Below, piece after piece: positions 29,667 through 41,400 of a stretch of 64,000 nt of DNA (position 1 is the stretch's first letter; each line of letters opens with the position of its first letter). This stretch comes from a virus, in IMG/VR virus record IMGVR_UViG_3300042878_001341, positions 1 through 64,000 of that record; one strand, written 5' to 3'. The position numbers and the translations under genes were made by a program. The notes beneath the pieces are model-generated. The model made no database searches and was not told the origin of the DNA. It saw only the letters and a list, made by a program, of their open reading frames with translations.

Positions 29667-30674
29667 ATGACCAAAACACTTTTAGTTGACGGTAACAACT
29701 TATTAAAAATCGGATTTCACGGAGTTAAGGACTTCTACAATAAAGGAGAACACGTAGGTGGTATTTGGCACTTTCTAAATACCCTACGTCGTTTTTTAGA
29801 GGATTCTAACTATAATAAAGTAGTTGTATTTTGGGATAGTAAAACTAGTTCATCTGAACGAAGATTATTATACCCAAAATATAAACTAAATCGTAAACCT
29901 TCGGCAACCGAACAAAAGGAAGAATCTTTCTCAACTCAAAAACAAAGGGTTAAACAATACCTTGAGGAGATGTTTGTAAGACAATTAGAGCTAGATCAGG
30001 CGGAAGCTGATGATCTTATTGCCTACTATTGTCAAATATCATTAGATGAAGAGAAAACGATATTTTCAGGTGACAGAGACCTTACACAATTAATATCTGA
30101 TAAAGTAACAATTTATTCCCCAAACACAAAACAATACTATAAGTTAGGTGATAAGATTAAGATAGATAATATTGAAATCCCACACTATAATATTAAAACT
30201 TATAAGATATTAGCCGGTGATGGTGGGGATAACATTGATGGTATCTATTATTTAGGGGAGAAGACATTTGTAAAATTATTTCCTGAAATACTTGATTCAG
30301 AGGTTTCTTTTACCGATATTTTAACAAAGGGTGAGGAATTACTAAAAGAACAAAAAGAGAATGTTGTTTTAAAAAATTTACTCAGTGGAAAGACCAAAGA
30401 AGGTATTTTCGGTGATGAATTTTTTGTGATCAATAAAAAACTCGTAGATCTATCAGAACCTTTGATTAACGAAGAAGGTAAAGAGACGGTTAGATTATAC
30501 TACTCAGAGTCAATGGACCCTGATGGTAGAGGACATAGGAATCTAATTAGGATGATGATGGACGACGGGTTTTTCAAGTATCTACCAAAAGGGGACGAAG
30601 CTTGGGTCAATTTTTTAAAACCATTCTTAAAATTATCAAGAAAAGAAAAAACAAAGTTTAGAAACAAAAAGTAA
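29667..30674 (+). CDS. 5'-3' exonuclease / flap endonuclease (T4 RNase H / PolI N-terminal-like)
   Basis: LLVDGNN, VVFWD, YPKYKLNR, EADDLIA, SGDRDLTQL and GDGGDNIDG. Likely ATG start at 29667. Confidence 0.9.
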   Translation: MTKTLLVDGNNLLKIGFHGVKDFYNKGEHVGGIWHFLNTLRRFLEDSNYNKVVVFWDSKTSSSERRLLYPKYKLNRKPSATEQKEESFSTQKQRVKQYLEEMFVRQLELDQAEADDLIAYYCQISLDEEKTIFSGDRDLTQLISDKVTIYSPNTKQYYKLGDKIKIDNIEIPHYNIKTYKILAGDGGDNIDGIYYLGEKTFVKLFPEILDSEVSFTDILTKGEELLKEQKENVVLKNLLSGKTKEGIFGDEFFVINKKLVDLSEPLINEEGKETVRLYYSESMDPDGRGHRNLIRMMMDDGFFKYLPKGDEAWVNFLKPFLKLSRKEKTKFRNKK

Positions 30675-30687
30675 AAACAAAAACAAG

Positions 30688-31137
30688 ATGAGAGATCAAG
30701 ATGTAACGAAAGTTGAATTTCTATTAATGTGTAACGATAACATTGTAGTACAACGTTTTTTTAATGTTAAGGGATTCAACAAAAACGCCCATAAATCTGA
30801 AGAGTTTTACGACCATATGAATAGTCTATGTCGTGAATTTCAATATGATTTGAAAATGCGTTCAGTAGTCTATATGTTAGACAACAAATACGAAATTTCT
30901 GAGAATCCAGAGATTTTAAACACGTCAATTACTGACGGGGAAGAGAATTTTAACATTTTTATTAAGCTTGGGGACATGACAATTTGTCATAGAAGGTTTG
31001 ATGCTAAGGTGTACCCACCAAAGGTAAGATACACCGTAGACCTACGTCCGAAGTTAAAAGGTATCCTAAACGGCCTGACTGACATTTTTTCAGGTAAAAA
31101 TTTTAATTATTTCCGTCCCGAATTTATCCAAAACTAA
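30688..31137 (+). CDS. Hypothetical protein
   Basis: 149-aa ORF in the replication cluster with no recognised motif. Confidence 0.6.
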   Translation: MRDQDVTKVEFLLMCNDNIVVQRFFNVKGFNKNAHKSEEFYDHMNSLCREFQYDLKMRSVVYMLDNKYEISENPEILNTSITDGEENFNIFIKLGDMTICHRRFDAKVYPPKVRYTVDLRPKLKGILNGLTDIFSGKNFNYFRPEFIQN

Positions 31138-31169
31138 TAGTATTTATCTTTACTAACAGAAGGAAAATT

Positions 31170-32561
31170 ATGGCGACAAACAAAAATTTTGAGTATCTAG
31201 GAAACACATTCCAATTACAATTACTTAATCAAATTATATTAGATAAAGAATTTTCACATTCAATTATTGATGTGATTGAGAACAATTATTTTGAAAACAA
31301 ATACTTCAAAATAATAATTCAAATGATAAGAGAGTATTATACAAAATACGATCACACACCATCATTTGAGACATTAGAACAGATCACTAAATCTGAACTA
31401 CAACAAGAGATTGCATCCAAAATAGTGTTGGATACAATTAAGAAAATTAAAGACGCACCTGTTGATGGCGTAGGTTTCGTACAGGAAAAAGCGTTAAAGT
31501 TCTGTAAACAACAAGAACTACAAAAGGTTATGGGTAAGGCTCAAAAAATCATTGATGGAGGTGAATTTGAGAACTATGACGCTCTTGAAGAGATGGTTAG
31601 AGGAGCATTACAAGTCGGAGCAAAAGATACAAGTGCGATGGATGTATTCTCTAACATGGATCAAGTCCTTGACGATGATTACAGACACCCTATTCCAATG
31701 GGAATACCTGGTATTGATAAACTACTAAAGGGTGGTTTGGCTAAAGGTGAAATTGGTGTTATATTAGCACCAACGGGGGTTGGTAAGTCTACAATCTTAA
31801 CTAAAATTGCTAACCACGCATTCAACTTAGGAAATAACGTACTTCAGATCTTTTTTGAGGACAATCCTAAGGTAATTCAAAGAAAACACTACACACTTTG
31901 GACTAAGATTCATCCTGACGAATTGTCAGAAAAAAGAGAAGAAGTTATTCAAAAAGTTAGGGAAATTGAGGATTCAATGCCTAACAAGTTAATTATGAAT
32001 AAATTACCGTCTGATACTGTAACCATGTCACAAATTAAGAATCAAATTAGAAAGATGGTTGCTGATGGTAATAAGATTGATATGGTATTACTTGATTACA
32101 TTGACTGTGTGGTTCCTGACAAGAATTTAGGTGATGAATGGAAGAGTGAGGGGTCTGTAATGAGAGCATTTGAGGCTATGTGTCACGAAATGGATTTAGT
32201 TGGGTGGACTGCAACACAGGGTAATAGAAACTCTATTTCTTCTGAGGTTGTAACAACTGATCAAATGGGAGGATCTATTAAAAAGGCTCAAGTTGGTCAC
32301 GTTATCATTACGGTAGCGAAAACACTACAACAAAAAGAGATGAAATTGGCGACAATCGCAATCACAAAATCAAGGGTCGGTGATGACGGAGTTGTATTTG
32401 AGAATTGTAAATTTGATAATGCAATGTTGGACATTGACACCGAGAGTTCTATGACTTTCTTAGGTATTGAAGAACAAAAAGAAGAAAGACAACGACTAAG
32501 AGTCAAAGAGTTGTTACAGAAAAGACAAGAAAGACAAAAAGAAGAAACAAACAATAATTAA
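31170..32561 (+). CDS. Replicative DNA helicase (DnaB / T4 gp41-like)
   Basis: Walker [23 protein letters not shown] and KSRVG. Confidence 0.9.
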   Translation: MATNKNFEYLGNTFQLQLLNQIILDKEFSHSIIDVIENNYFENKYFKIIIQMIREYYTKYDHTPSFETLEQITKSELQQEIASKIVLDTIKKIKDAPVDGVGFVQEKALKFCKQQELQKVMGKAQKIIDGGEFENYDALEEMVRGALQVGAKDTSAMDVFSNMDQVLDDDYRHPIPMGIPGIDKLLKGGLAKGEIGVILAPTGVGKSTILTKIANHAFNLGNNVLQIFFEDNPKVIQRKHYTLWTKIHPDELSEKREEVIQKVREIEDSMPNKLIMNKLPSDTVTMSQIKNQIRKMVADGNKIDMVLLDYIDCVVPDKNLGDEWKSEGSVMRAFEAMCHEMDLVGWTATQGNRNSISSEVVTTDQMGGSIKKAQVGHVIITVAKTLQQKEMKLATIAITKSRVGDDGVVFENCKFDNAMLDIDTESSMTFLGIEEQKEERQRLRVKELLQKRQERQKEETNNN

Positions 32562-32574
32562 TTTAAAAAGAAAG

Positions 32575-33522
32575 ATGGAAAAGATATTAAAGGAAAACCC
32601 TAATAGGTTTGTTATCTTCCCGATAGAGCACAACGACATTTGGGAATATTATAAAATGCATCAGGCGGCGTTTTGGACGGCTGAAGAAGTAGATTTAACT
32701 AATGACATTCGTGATTGGGAAAAATTAACAGATAATGAAAAGTTCTTTGTTAAGAACGTATTATCATTTTTTGCCGCTTCTGATGGAATTGTAAATGAAA
32801 ATTTAGCGGAAAACTTCTATCGTGAAGTACAATATCCTGAGGCTAAGTTTTTCTACGGATTTCAGTTAGCAATGGAGAATATCCACTCATTGATGTATTC
32901 GTTATTGATAGATACGTATATCAGTAATCCTAAAGAGAAAGATGAGTGTTTTAACGCTATTGAAAACTTACCAGCCGTTAAGAAAAAGGCTACTTGGGCT
33001 CTTAATTGGATTGAGAACGCATCTTTCCAAGAAAGATTAATTGCATTCGCAGCGGTTGAAGGTATATTCTTTTCAGGGTCATTCTGTTCAATCTTTTGGA
33101 TGAAATCAAGAGGTATTATGCAAGGATTATGTAACGCAAATTCATTGATCTTTAAAGATGAAAACTTACATTGTGATTTTGCAATTCACTTATTGAATAA
33201 CCATTGTCAAGAAAAACCATCTGAAAAAAGAATTAAAGAGATTTTGTTATCAGCTTTAGAGATTGAAAAAGAATTCATTACTGAGTCATTACCGGTATCA
33301 TTGATTGGAATGAACTCAAACTTGATGAAACAATATTTGGAGTTTGTTGTTGATGGTCTTTTAGTTAAATTTGGATGTAGTAAAGAATTTAACGTTGAAC
33401 AACCATTTAAATTCATGGAACAAATAGCGGTTGAAACAAAAGGTAATTTCTTTGAGTCAAGAACAATGGAATACCAAAAAGCAAAATTGAATGAAACGAT
33501 TACGTTTGAAGAAGATTTTTAA
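32575..33522 (+). CDS. nrdB: Ribonucleotide reductase class Ia, beta subunit
   Basis: [40 protein letters not shown] and DENLH. Confidence 0.95.
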   Translation: MEKILKENPNRFVIFPIEHNDIWEYYKMHQAAFWTAEEVDLTNDIRDWEKLTDNEKFFVKNVLSFFAASDGIVNENLAENFYREVQYPEAKFFYGFQLAMENIHSLMYSLLIDTYISNPKEKDECFNAIENLPAVKKKATWALNWIENASFQERLIAFAAVEGIFFSGSFCSIFWMKSRGIMQGLCNANSLIFKDENLHCDFAIHLLNNHCQEKPSEKRIKEILLSALEIEKEFITESLPVSLIGMNSNLMKQYLEFVVDGLLVKFGCSKEFNVEQPFKFMEQIAVETKGNFFESRTMEYQKAKLNETITFEEDF

Positions 33523-33535
33523 ATATTAAAAAAAT

Positions 33536-35965
33536 ATGATGTCACTTAAAATATTAAAAAGAGATGGGGATAATGTAACGTTTAACCCACAAAAAATTTA
33601 CAATCGTGTTAAACGATCGGCAAAAGGTTTGAATGTTAATTCAGACGAGATCTTTATAAAGGTTATTACTTCAGTACCAACTGAGGGTGAAATAACGACA
33701 AAAGAATTAGATAAACTTATTTATGAAATTGCAGCATCTTATACCGGTAGTCACCACGATTACTCAAGATTAGCGTCTTCAGTAGCAATTTCTTCTTACC
33801 ATAAAGAAACTAATCCAAGTTTTTCTGAGACAATGGTGGATTTACATTCATACGGAATTATAAATGACGGGTTAATGGAAACAATTCAAAAGTATGGCGA
33901 GGATTTAATTGATGAGGTAATTAACCATGATAATGACTACAATTTTGATTACTTCGCTTGGAGATCTTTACAGGAAATGTACTTGTTAAAAAGACCTGAT
34001 GGTGTTGTTGTTGAAAGACCACAACATATGTATATGAGAGTTGCATTATGGGTTACGGATAACTTTAAAGATGCCGTTGAGTACTACAAATCACTATCAA
34101 ATCAACTTATTTCTAAGGCAACACCAATTATGATTAATGCGGGTACAAAGGTACCTCAATTGGCTTCATGTGTGTTACATTATAATAATTCAGATTCAAG
34201 AAATGGTTTATTAAATACATTAACTGATATATCAACCTATTCTTCAGACGCTGCAGGGATTGGATTATCAATGTCTAACATTAGAAGTAAGGAAAGTAGA
34301 ATTTCAAGTTCAGGTGGTTATGCAGGTGGTTTATTGAAGTATCTTAAAATCGTTAACGAATCTTTACGTTTCTTTAACCAACAAGGACGTAGACCTGGAT
34401 CTGCAGCAATTTATCTTGAACCTTGGCATAAAGATATATTTGATTTATTGGACATTAAAAAGAATACAGGAGCTGAGGAATTACGAGCACGTGATTTATT
34501 CACCGCACTTTGGATTCCTGATAATTTCATGAGAGCGGTAAAAAACAATACTGAATGGTATTTGTTCTGTCCTAATGATATTATCACTGCAGGTATTAAA
34601 CCATTACAGGAATCTTTTGGTGATGAGTATGAGGAGAATTACAATAAGGCGGTTTCTTTAGGTTTGGGTAAAAAAGTTAAAGCTCAAGACATTTGGTCAA
34701 AAATTATTGAATCACAAATTGAAACGGGGATTCCTTATTTATGTTCTAAGGATAGTGCAAACAAAAAAACAAATCACCAAAACATTGGTGTAATTAAACA
34801 ATCTAACCTTTGTAATGAGATTTATCAGTACACAGATGAAGAAACTACTGCTATATGTACGTTATCATCAATTGTTCTTAAAAACTTCATCAATGGAGGT
34901 AAGTTTGATTTTGAGTTGTTGTATAACGAAGTAAGAAAAGTTGTTAGAACTTTAAATAAAGTTGTAAACATCAATAATTACTCTACTGAAAAAGGACGTA
35001 AGGGTGGATTATATCAAAGAGCAATTGCAATTGGAACACAAGGACTAGCTGACGTATTCTATTTGATGGATTATATTTTCACGTCGGAAGAAGCTTGTAA
35101 CTTAAACAAAGAAATCTTTGAAACAATTTACTTCGCGGCGATCACCGAAAGTAATAAATTGTGTGAGGGTGGTAAGTATGAACCATATGCTTACTTTAAA
35201 GGGTCACCAATGTCACAAGGAATATTCCAGTTTGATATGTGGGGATTGAAAGAAGATGATTTATCGGGAAGATGGGATTGGAGAACACTAAAAGAAAATG
35301 TTAGTAAGTATGGAGTTTGTAACTCTTTATTCACGGCTCAAATGCCTGTAGCGTCTTCTGCAAAGATTACAGGTTCATATGAAATGACTGAACCTGCTCA
35401 CTCAGCAATCTTTAACAGACGTGTTGTAGGTGGAGAAATTATGATTGTTAACAAGTATTTGATTAGTGATTTTGAAAAGATTGGAATTTGGTCTGAAGAT
35501 TTAAAAAATGAAATTATTATGAATGACGGATCAATCCAAAATATTAATTTTAATAATTACTTAGATCCTGAAGACAAACATTATAATAAGAAAGTTAAAA
35601 GAATTGAGCATTTGATTCCTAAATACAAAACAATTTGGGAGATATCACAAAAAGAACTCATCAACATGGCGGCAGACAGAGCACCGTTTATTGACCAATC
35701 ACAATCAATGAACATTTATATGTCAAATCCATCATTATCTAAGATTACCTCGTCACACTTCCACTCTTGGGAGAAAGGATTGAAAACACTTTGTTATTAT
35801 GTAAGAACTAAAGCGATTTCAACAGGGGCAAAACACTTGGCGTTGGACATGACAAAAAAAGAACCTGTTAAAAAAGTTGAAACTCCAAAAGTAGATTTTT
35901 CTAATATGAATTTACCTTCAAAACCTGATAGTTCAGAGTTTGAATGTTTCGGATGTTCATCTTAG
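33536..35965 (+). CDS. nrdA: Ribonucleotide reductase class Ia, alpha subunit
   Basis: N-terminal ATP-cone, ERPQHMYMR, QLASC, SNLCNEI, CTLSS, AQMPVASS, DQSQSMN, KTLCYY and C-terminal CFGCSS. Confidence 0.95.
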   Translation: MMSLKILKRDGDNVTFNPQKIYNRVKRSAKGLNVNSDEIFIKVITSVPTEGEITTKELDKLIYEIAASYTGSHHDYSRLASSVAISSYHKETNPSFSETMVDLHSYGIINDGLMETIQKYGEDLIDEVINHDNDYNFDYFAWRSLQEMYLLKRPDGVVVERPQHMYMRVALWVTDNFKDAVEYYKSLSNQLISKATPIMINAGTKVPQLASCVLHYNNSDSRNGLLNTLTDISTYSSDAAGIGLSMSNIRSKESRISSSGGYAGGLLKYLKIVNESLRFFNQQGRRPGSAAIYLEPWHKDIFDLLDIKKNTGAEELRARDLFTALWIPDNFMRAVKNNTEWYLFCPNDIITAGIKPLQESFGDEYEENYNKAVSLGLGKKVKAQDIWSKIIESQIETGIPYLCSKDSANKKTNHQNIGVIKQSNLCNEIYQYTDEETTAICTLSSIVLKNFINGGKFDFELLYNEVRKVVRTLNKVVNINNYSTEKGRKGGLYQRAIAIGTQGLADVFYLMDYIFTSEEACNLNKEIFETIYFAAITESNKLCEGGKYEPYAYFKGSPMSQGIFQFDMWGLKEDDLSGRWDWRTLKENVSKYGVCNSLFTAQMPVASSAKITGSYEMTEPAHSAIFNRRVVGGEIMIVNKYLISDFEKIGIWSEDLKNEIIMNDGSIQNINFNNYLDPEDKHYNKKVKRIEHLIPKYKTIWEISQKELINMAADRAPFIDQSQSMNIYMSNPSLSKITSSHFHSWEKGLKTLCYYVRTKAISTGAKHLALDMTKKEPVKKVETPKVDFSNMNLPSKPDSSEFECFGCSS

Positions 35966-35988
35966 GATGAATCGTGTATCATGATGGG

Positions 35989-36016
35989 AAATCACGGCTT
36001 AGGTCGTGATTTTTTA
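35989..36016 (+). terminator. Rho-independent terminator after nrdA
   Basis: AAATCACGGC-TTAG-GTCGTGATTT followed by a T run. Confidence 0.75.
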
Positions 36017-36063
36017 TTTTATATGTATTTATTCAAAACACATAGATACTATATTTATTAGAT

Positions 36064-36522
36064 ATGGCAAATGGAATAACATATGGGATAAATTTTCCTT
36101 TTAGAGAATCTTACATTGGTAAATATTTAGATGTTTCTGATAGTACTGATGAAGAAGTTAGAAGTAATTTAATTCATTTATTGTTAACTAGAAAAGGGTA
36201 TAGATATTATCTTCCTGATTTTGGAACAAGATTGTATGAGTATATTTTTGAACCTCTTGATGGTCCTACATTTAGTGAAATTGAGGGTGAAATTAGAGAC
36301 TCAGTTGAGAAATATATGCCGGGGGTACAAATAACTAATATATCAATTACCGACGCTTCTTTAGGTGAAGAAGATAAGGGTACTTTTATTAATCCTGATG
36401 GGGAAAGAGAATTTAAAGTACAAGGTATAAGTGAAAAAGAACATACCGCAAAAATTAAAATAGATTATAAGGTAACAAATCAAGCCTTTGAAAGTAGTGA
36501 TTTTGTAATTATCAATATTTAA
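36064..36522 (+). CDS. Baseplate wedge protein, T4 gp25-like
   Basis: NLIHLLLTRKGYRYYLPDFGTRLYEYIFEP is a gp25/GPW signature. Confidence 0.9.
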   Translation: MANGITYGINFPFRESYIGKYLDVSDSTDEEVRSNLIHLLLTRKGYRYYLPDFGTRLYEYIFEPLDGPTFSEIEGEIRDSVEKYMPGVQITNISITDASLGEEDKGTFINPDGEREFKVQGISEKEHTAKIKIDYKVTNQAFESSDFVIINI

Positions 36523-36528
36523 TAGTAT

Positions 36529-38367
36529 ATGGCTGAGAAAAAAATATCCTACACAACCAGAGATTTTCAGGGAATAAGAACTGAGTTAATAAACTTTACA
36601 CGAACTTATTATCCTGATTTGGTACAAAACTTTAACGACGCTGGGGTTTTCTCAGTAATGTTAGATCTAAATGCTGCCGTTACAGATAACCTACAATTCA
36701 ATATTGACAGAAGTATCCAAGAAACGGTATTACAATACGCTCAACAAAAATCTTCAGTATATAATATCGCTAAGACTTACGGGTTAAAAATACCGGGTCA
36801 AAGACCTTCAGTGGCATTAGTTGATTTTTCAATAACGGTACCTGCATTTGGTGATAGAGAAGATTTAAGATATTGTGGAATCCTAAGAAGAGGATCTCAA
36901 GTAAATGGTGCAGGACAACCATTTGAAACGGTTTACGACATTGATTTTGCATCTGCAATTAATGCGGAGGGAACTTTAAATAGATTAAAAACTCCTAACT
37001 TTGATGCTAATGGTAAATTATTAAACTATACTATTACAAAAAGGGAAGTTGTTGTTAATGGATTTACAAAAGTATTCAAAAGAGTTATAACTCCAAATGA
37101 TGTTAAACCATTCTTTGAATTATTTTTACCTGAAAAAAATGTTTTAGGAATTACAAGTGTTATTTTAAAAGATGGTACACAATATAACACAATACCAAAC
37201 CCACAAGAATTTTTAGGTTTAGAAAATAGATGGTATGAAGTTAAGGCACTTGCTGAAGACAGAGTATTCATTGAGGACCCAACTAAAGTTTCTGACCAAC
37301 CTGGTACAAAGGTTGGTAAATATATTTTAACCAATACTAAATTCACATCTGAATACACACCTGAAGGTTATTTGAAAATGACATTTGGTGGTGGTAATGT
37401 TTCTGCGGAAGAACAACTTAGAGATTTTGCAAGAACAGGAAAAGGATTTGATTTAAACAAATATTCAAATAACTTAGCATTAGGGGCGGCATTGAAATCA
37501 AACTCAACATTGTTCATTCAATATAGAGTTGGTGGTGGTCAAGCAACTAACTTAGGTATTAATGTTATCAATCAAATTGGAACGGTTTCATTCTTTGTTA
37601 ATGGTCCTTCAGAAAGTATTAACAGATCTGTAATCAATACGTTAAAATGTAATAATGTTACTGCGGCAATTGGAGGGGCAAACGCACCGACACTTGAAGA
37701 GGTTAGAAACTTAGTTTCATATAACTTCTCGGCACAAAACAGAGCGGTAACTATAAATGACTACGAATCTATCATTAGAACAATGCCATCTCAGTTCGGG
37801 GCACCTGCAAAAGTTGCGATTACGGAAGAGAATAATATGATTAAGATAAAAATGTTATCTTACGATACAAGTGGTAATTTAACCGACACTGTTTCTAATA
37901 CATTAAAAACTAATGTCGCAAATTACCTTTCTAACTATAGAATGATTAATGATTATATTTCAATTGAAAGTGCAAACCCAATTGACTTGGCAGTTAACGT
38001 TGATGTTGTGTTGGATGCTAGTCAAAACCAAGGCGCGATTGTATCTAAAATAATTGATATTATAACGACATACTTTAGTCCTACAACAAGACAATTAGGT
38101 CAAAATGTTGTGGTATCTGAATTAAGAAGACTAATCCAAGCTGAAAATGGGGTTGTAAGTATTTCTGATATGGAATTCTTTAATAAGGTTGGAGGTCAGT
38201 ATTCTTCAAATCAAACATCTCAAAAATATTCAGATCCGGCAACTAAACAAATCCAATTAATTGCCGATACAATTTTTGCTGAACCTACTCAAATTTATCA
38301 AATTAGATACCCAAACAAAGACATTAATGTAAGGGTTATCAATTTAAGTACGGTTAATTTCTCCTGA
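36529..38367 (+). CDS. Baseplate wedge protein, T4 gp6 / baseplate J-like
   Basis: YTTRDFQGIRTEL, FGGG, YRVGGG, GGANA and AQNRAVTINDY. Confidence 0.88.
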   Translation: MAEKKISYTTRDFQGIRTELINFTRTYYPDLVQNFNDAGVFSVMLDLNAAVTDNLQFNIDRSIQETVLQYAQQKSSVYNIAKTYGLKIPGQRPSVALVDFSITVPAFGDREDLRYCGILRRGSQVNGAGQPFETVYDIDFASAINAEGTLNRLKTPNFDANGKLLNYTITKREVVVNGFTKVFKRVITPNDVKPFFELFLPEKNVLGITSVILKDGTQYNTIPNPQEFLGLENRWYEVKALAEDRVFIEDPTKVSDQPGTKVGKYILTNTKFTSEYTPEGYLKMTFGGGNVSAEEQLRDFARTGKGFDLNKYSNNLALGAALKSNSTLFIQYRVGGGQATNLGINVINQIGTVSFFVNGPSESINRSVINTLKCNNVTAAIGGANAPTLEEVRNLVSYNFSAQNRAVTINDYESIIRTMPSQFGAPAKVAITEENNMIKIKMLSYDTSGNLTDTVSNTLKTNVANYLSNYRMINDYISIESANPIDLAVNVDVVLDASQNQGAIVSKIIDIITTYFSPTTRQLGQNVVVSELRRLIQAENGVVSISDMEFFNKVGGQYSSNQTSQKYSDPATKQIQLIADTIFAEPTQIYQIRYPNKDINVRVINLSTVNFS

Positions 38368-38439
38368 TAATTTATTTTTTTTTAATTAGAACTACTTTTT
38401 GAAAATAGGAACTAAACTATTTATCAAAAAAAGACTTTA

Positions 38440-41400
38440 ATGCCAAAATCATATAGAATAAGGACACAAGTAGGTGTTGACAAATATATCAACGTAAAGT
38501 TAGATCAAGATTTTGATTTCTTAGAAATACTATCTTTAAAAATTAATCAATCAGACCTTTATACAAAGGTGTGTTCTGACTATGGAGTTGTGGTTGGTAG
38601 AGTTGTAGTTAATGGTGGATTTGGTCTACCTAATGCAAAAGTTTCAATATTCATACCTCTAACACCTGAGGATGAATTAAATCCTACTATTTCTGAGTTA
38701 TATCCTTATAAAACATTATCAGATAATAATGAGGCGGGTTATAGATATAACCTTTTACCACATGACCCGTCATATAGTGTTCATTCAGCAACAGGTACTT
38801 TCCCAAATAGAGAAGAAGTTTTAATAGATCAGACATATATTGAGGTTTACGACAAGTATTATAAGTACACGGTTAAAACCAATGATAGTGGAGATTACAT
38901 GATTTTTGGTGTTCCAATCGGAACTCAAAATGTTTTTATGGATGTTGATTTATCTGATATTGGATGTTTTTCTTTAACACCACAAGATTTGATTAATGCG
39001 GGACAAGCAACAGAAACTCAAGTTAATGGGTCAACATTTAAAAAATCAACAAATCTAAGTGAATTACCACAGATTAAGACATTAAATAAGAATGTTGATA
39101 TTTCACCACTTTGGGGTCAAGAAGACATTTGTCAAATAGGTATAACGAGAGTTGATTTTGACTTAACTAATGAAGCGAATGTGACCATTAGACCTAACGC
39201 TATATTGATGGGGTCTATAATATCCACAACAAATGAGGATGCACTTAAAACAAGTTGTAAACCAAAAAATAATACAGGTAATTTATGTGAGTTAATTGCG
39301 GGACCTGGCCAAATATTATCTATTAGACAAACAATTTATCCTGATAAAAATAATTTCCCTGTTCTTGAAGAACATAAGTTTGAACAAGATGGAAAGATTA
39401 TAGATGGGGATGGTTCATTTTTGGCGAATGTACCAATGAATTTGGATTACATAATTACTAATGAATTTGGTGAACAAGTTATATCAAATGACCCAACAAA
39501 AGGAATACCAACAAAAGGTAGATATCGTTTTAAATTCAAATGGAATAATGAAGGTGGGTTACAGAATGAGTTTCAAAGAGCAAATTTCTTAGTACCTAAT
39601 ATTAAAGAACACGGATGGGTATCAAGTTCAACGGATCCTTTTGATCCAAACTCAACTACACCGTTTTCTATTATAATGCTATCAACATTTCCCGTTAATC
39701 CACCACAATACACTGGATCAACAACGGCAGCGTCAAATGGGGGTCTTTTATTTGAGGACTCTGTTAATAGTAAAAACTTTACAATTTATATTGATGATGG
39801 TAGTGGTCCACAACCATATTATGGTGATATAAGTGTGATACCTGTAAATGCGGGTGATATTGTTTTAGCGGTTTCAGAACCAATAGATAACACTCAACAA
39901 CAAGAAGTTAATTTTACTTTTTATCCTCAGAATTATTTTGACTTATTAAGATCGTATAGTTTTAGTTTAGATTGGGATGATTATGTGGATCCTCTATCTG
40001 CAATCAATTGTGAAGATACGTTCTATGAAATGAACTACAATAAAGTTTATACGACGGCAATGTTCCTTGATAGATACAAAAATGGTGTGTCAAGGGCAAG
40101 ACATTTGGGTATTAAAGAAATTGATAACAGAACTTGTAAGTCAACGGTAAATACGTTTCCATCTAATGATATTATTAGAAATTTTGATATCATATTTTTT
40201 ATATTTAACATACTAATTAACGTTTTAACGTTTCCTTTATTAGTATTACTATTTGTTGCTCACTTCATAGCGTGGGCATGGCCTGTTTTAAAGTACTTAT
40301 TAATCGTTTTAGGGATATATTTCGCGTATGACGCAATAAGGGATATGATCGATTGGATTAACTCCTTAATTGAGGTATTTGCATTTGCACCATTAGGTGG
40401 TCCTGTAATTAATTTTGGTTTGATTTTAAGAATAGCGGCACAAGCACTATCTTTCATATTTAGATTAGCCTTATCAATCGCGTTCATTATATTTACGGTT
40501 AAATTCTTACTTAAAATTAAGAATTTTCCAAGGATAGGATTACCAATGATATCTTATCCTGAGTGTACAAGTTGTGATTGTGATTGTGGTCCTGCAACTT
40601 TAGAGGATGATATTGATGCTAATTCAGTAAATGATCAAATAGCGGCTCAACAATCAAATGATGGTGTTAATGTTTATCTTGGACAAGCGAATGGGTTTTT
40701 GGCTCCTGTTAATGTTCCTGGTTCATATGATGTTATTCATCCTAATAATCAAAATAATCCAATTGAGGATCAAGAAGATTTAAAGAAAGGTCCATTTTGG
40801 AATGGAGCTTGTCTTGATGGAGTAACCGATTCTTGTGACGGTGATTGTAAAGTACCATCATTAATTACCGCAGCAATGAATCAAGATATAACTCCTGAAG
40901 TTGCGGCAAGAGGTATAATAGACTATCAAAGGATGTTTTCAGGTTACGATATTATACAATCATCGGGAACGGTAGGTGATGATATTATTTATGGTGATGA
41001 ATTTGCGTTGTATCACGCTCCACAACCATTCCTATTTGCCGCTTGGGATGATGGGGGAAGAGACCCAAGAGACTGGGGGTTCCCAACAAAAGAGACTTTT
41101 CCTCAAAAATTAAATGAATTTAATGTAAGAAAAAAATATTTTGATGGAGTTAATAAAATTAAAACTTATGTTAACGAATCTTTAGGTAGTGAACCTTTTG
41201 AGGATCAAATTGTGGTTGTTTTAGCCAACCCAGGAACAAAAGATCAAATGCAAGTTGGAAAACCTATAAGTTTTAACAATCCTTTAACGTCAAATGGTTA
41301 TGTTAATATCACGGGTGGAACATTAAATGAATTTGGTAATAATGCAATTACAGGTACAACAACAACAGGAACAACATCAATAGTTGTTGAATGGGCTGAC

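Noticed and set aside
2226-35965. Eukaryotic giant virus origin suggested by the SNF2 helicase, eukaryote-like RNR and plant-like GT
   Set aside because: Contractile tail genes, sigma70-like promoters, Rho-independent terminators and overlapping start/stop codons are bacteriophage features.
28638-35965. Inteins or introns in UvsX, helicase or RNR
   Set aside because: Protein lengths are normal and motifs are contiguous. No splice-junction or homing endonuclease motifs were seen.
6309-38367. Extracellular contractile injection system or tailocin in a bacterial chromosome
   Set aside because: Neck proteins and T4-like SSB, UvsX, helicase and exonuclease genes, with no bacterial housekeeping context, indicate a phage genome.
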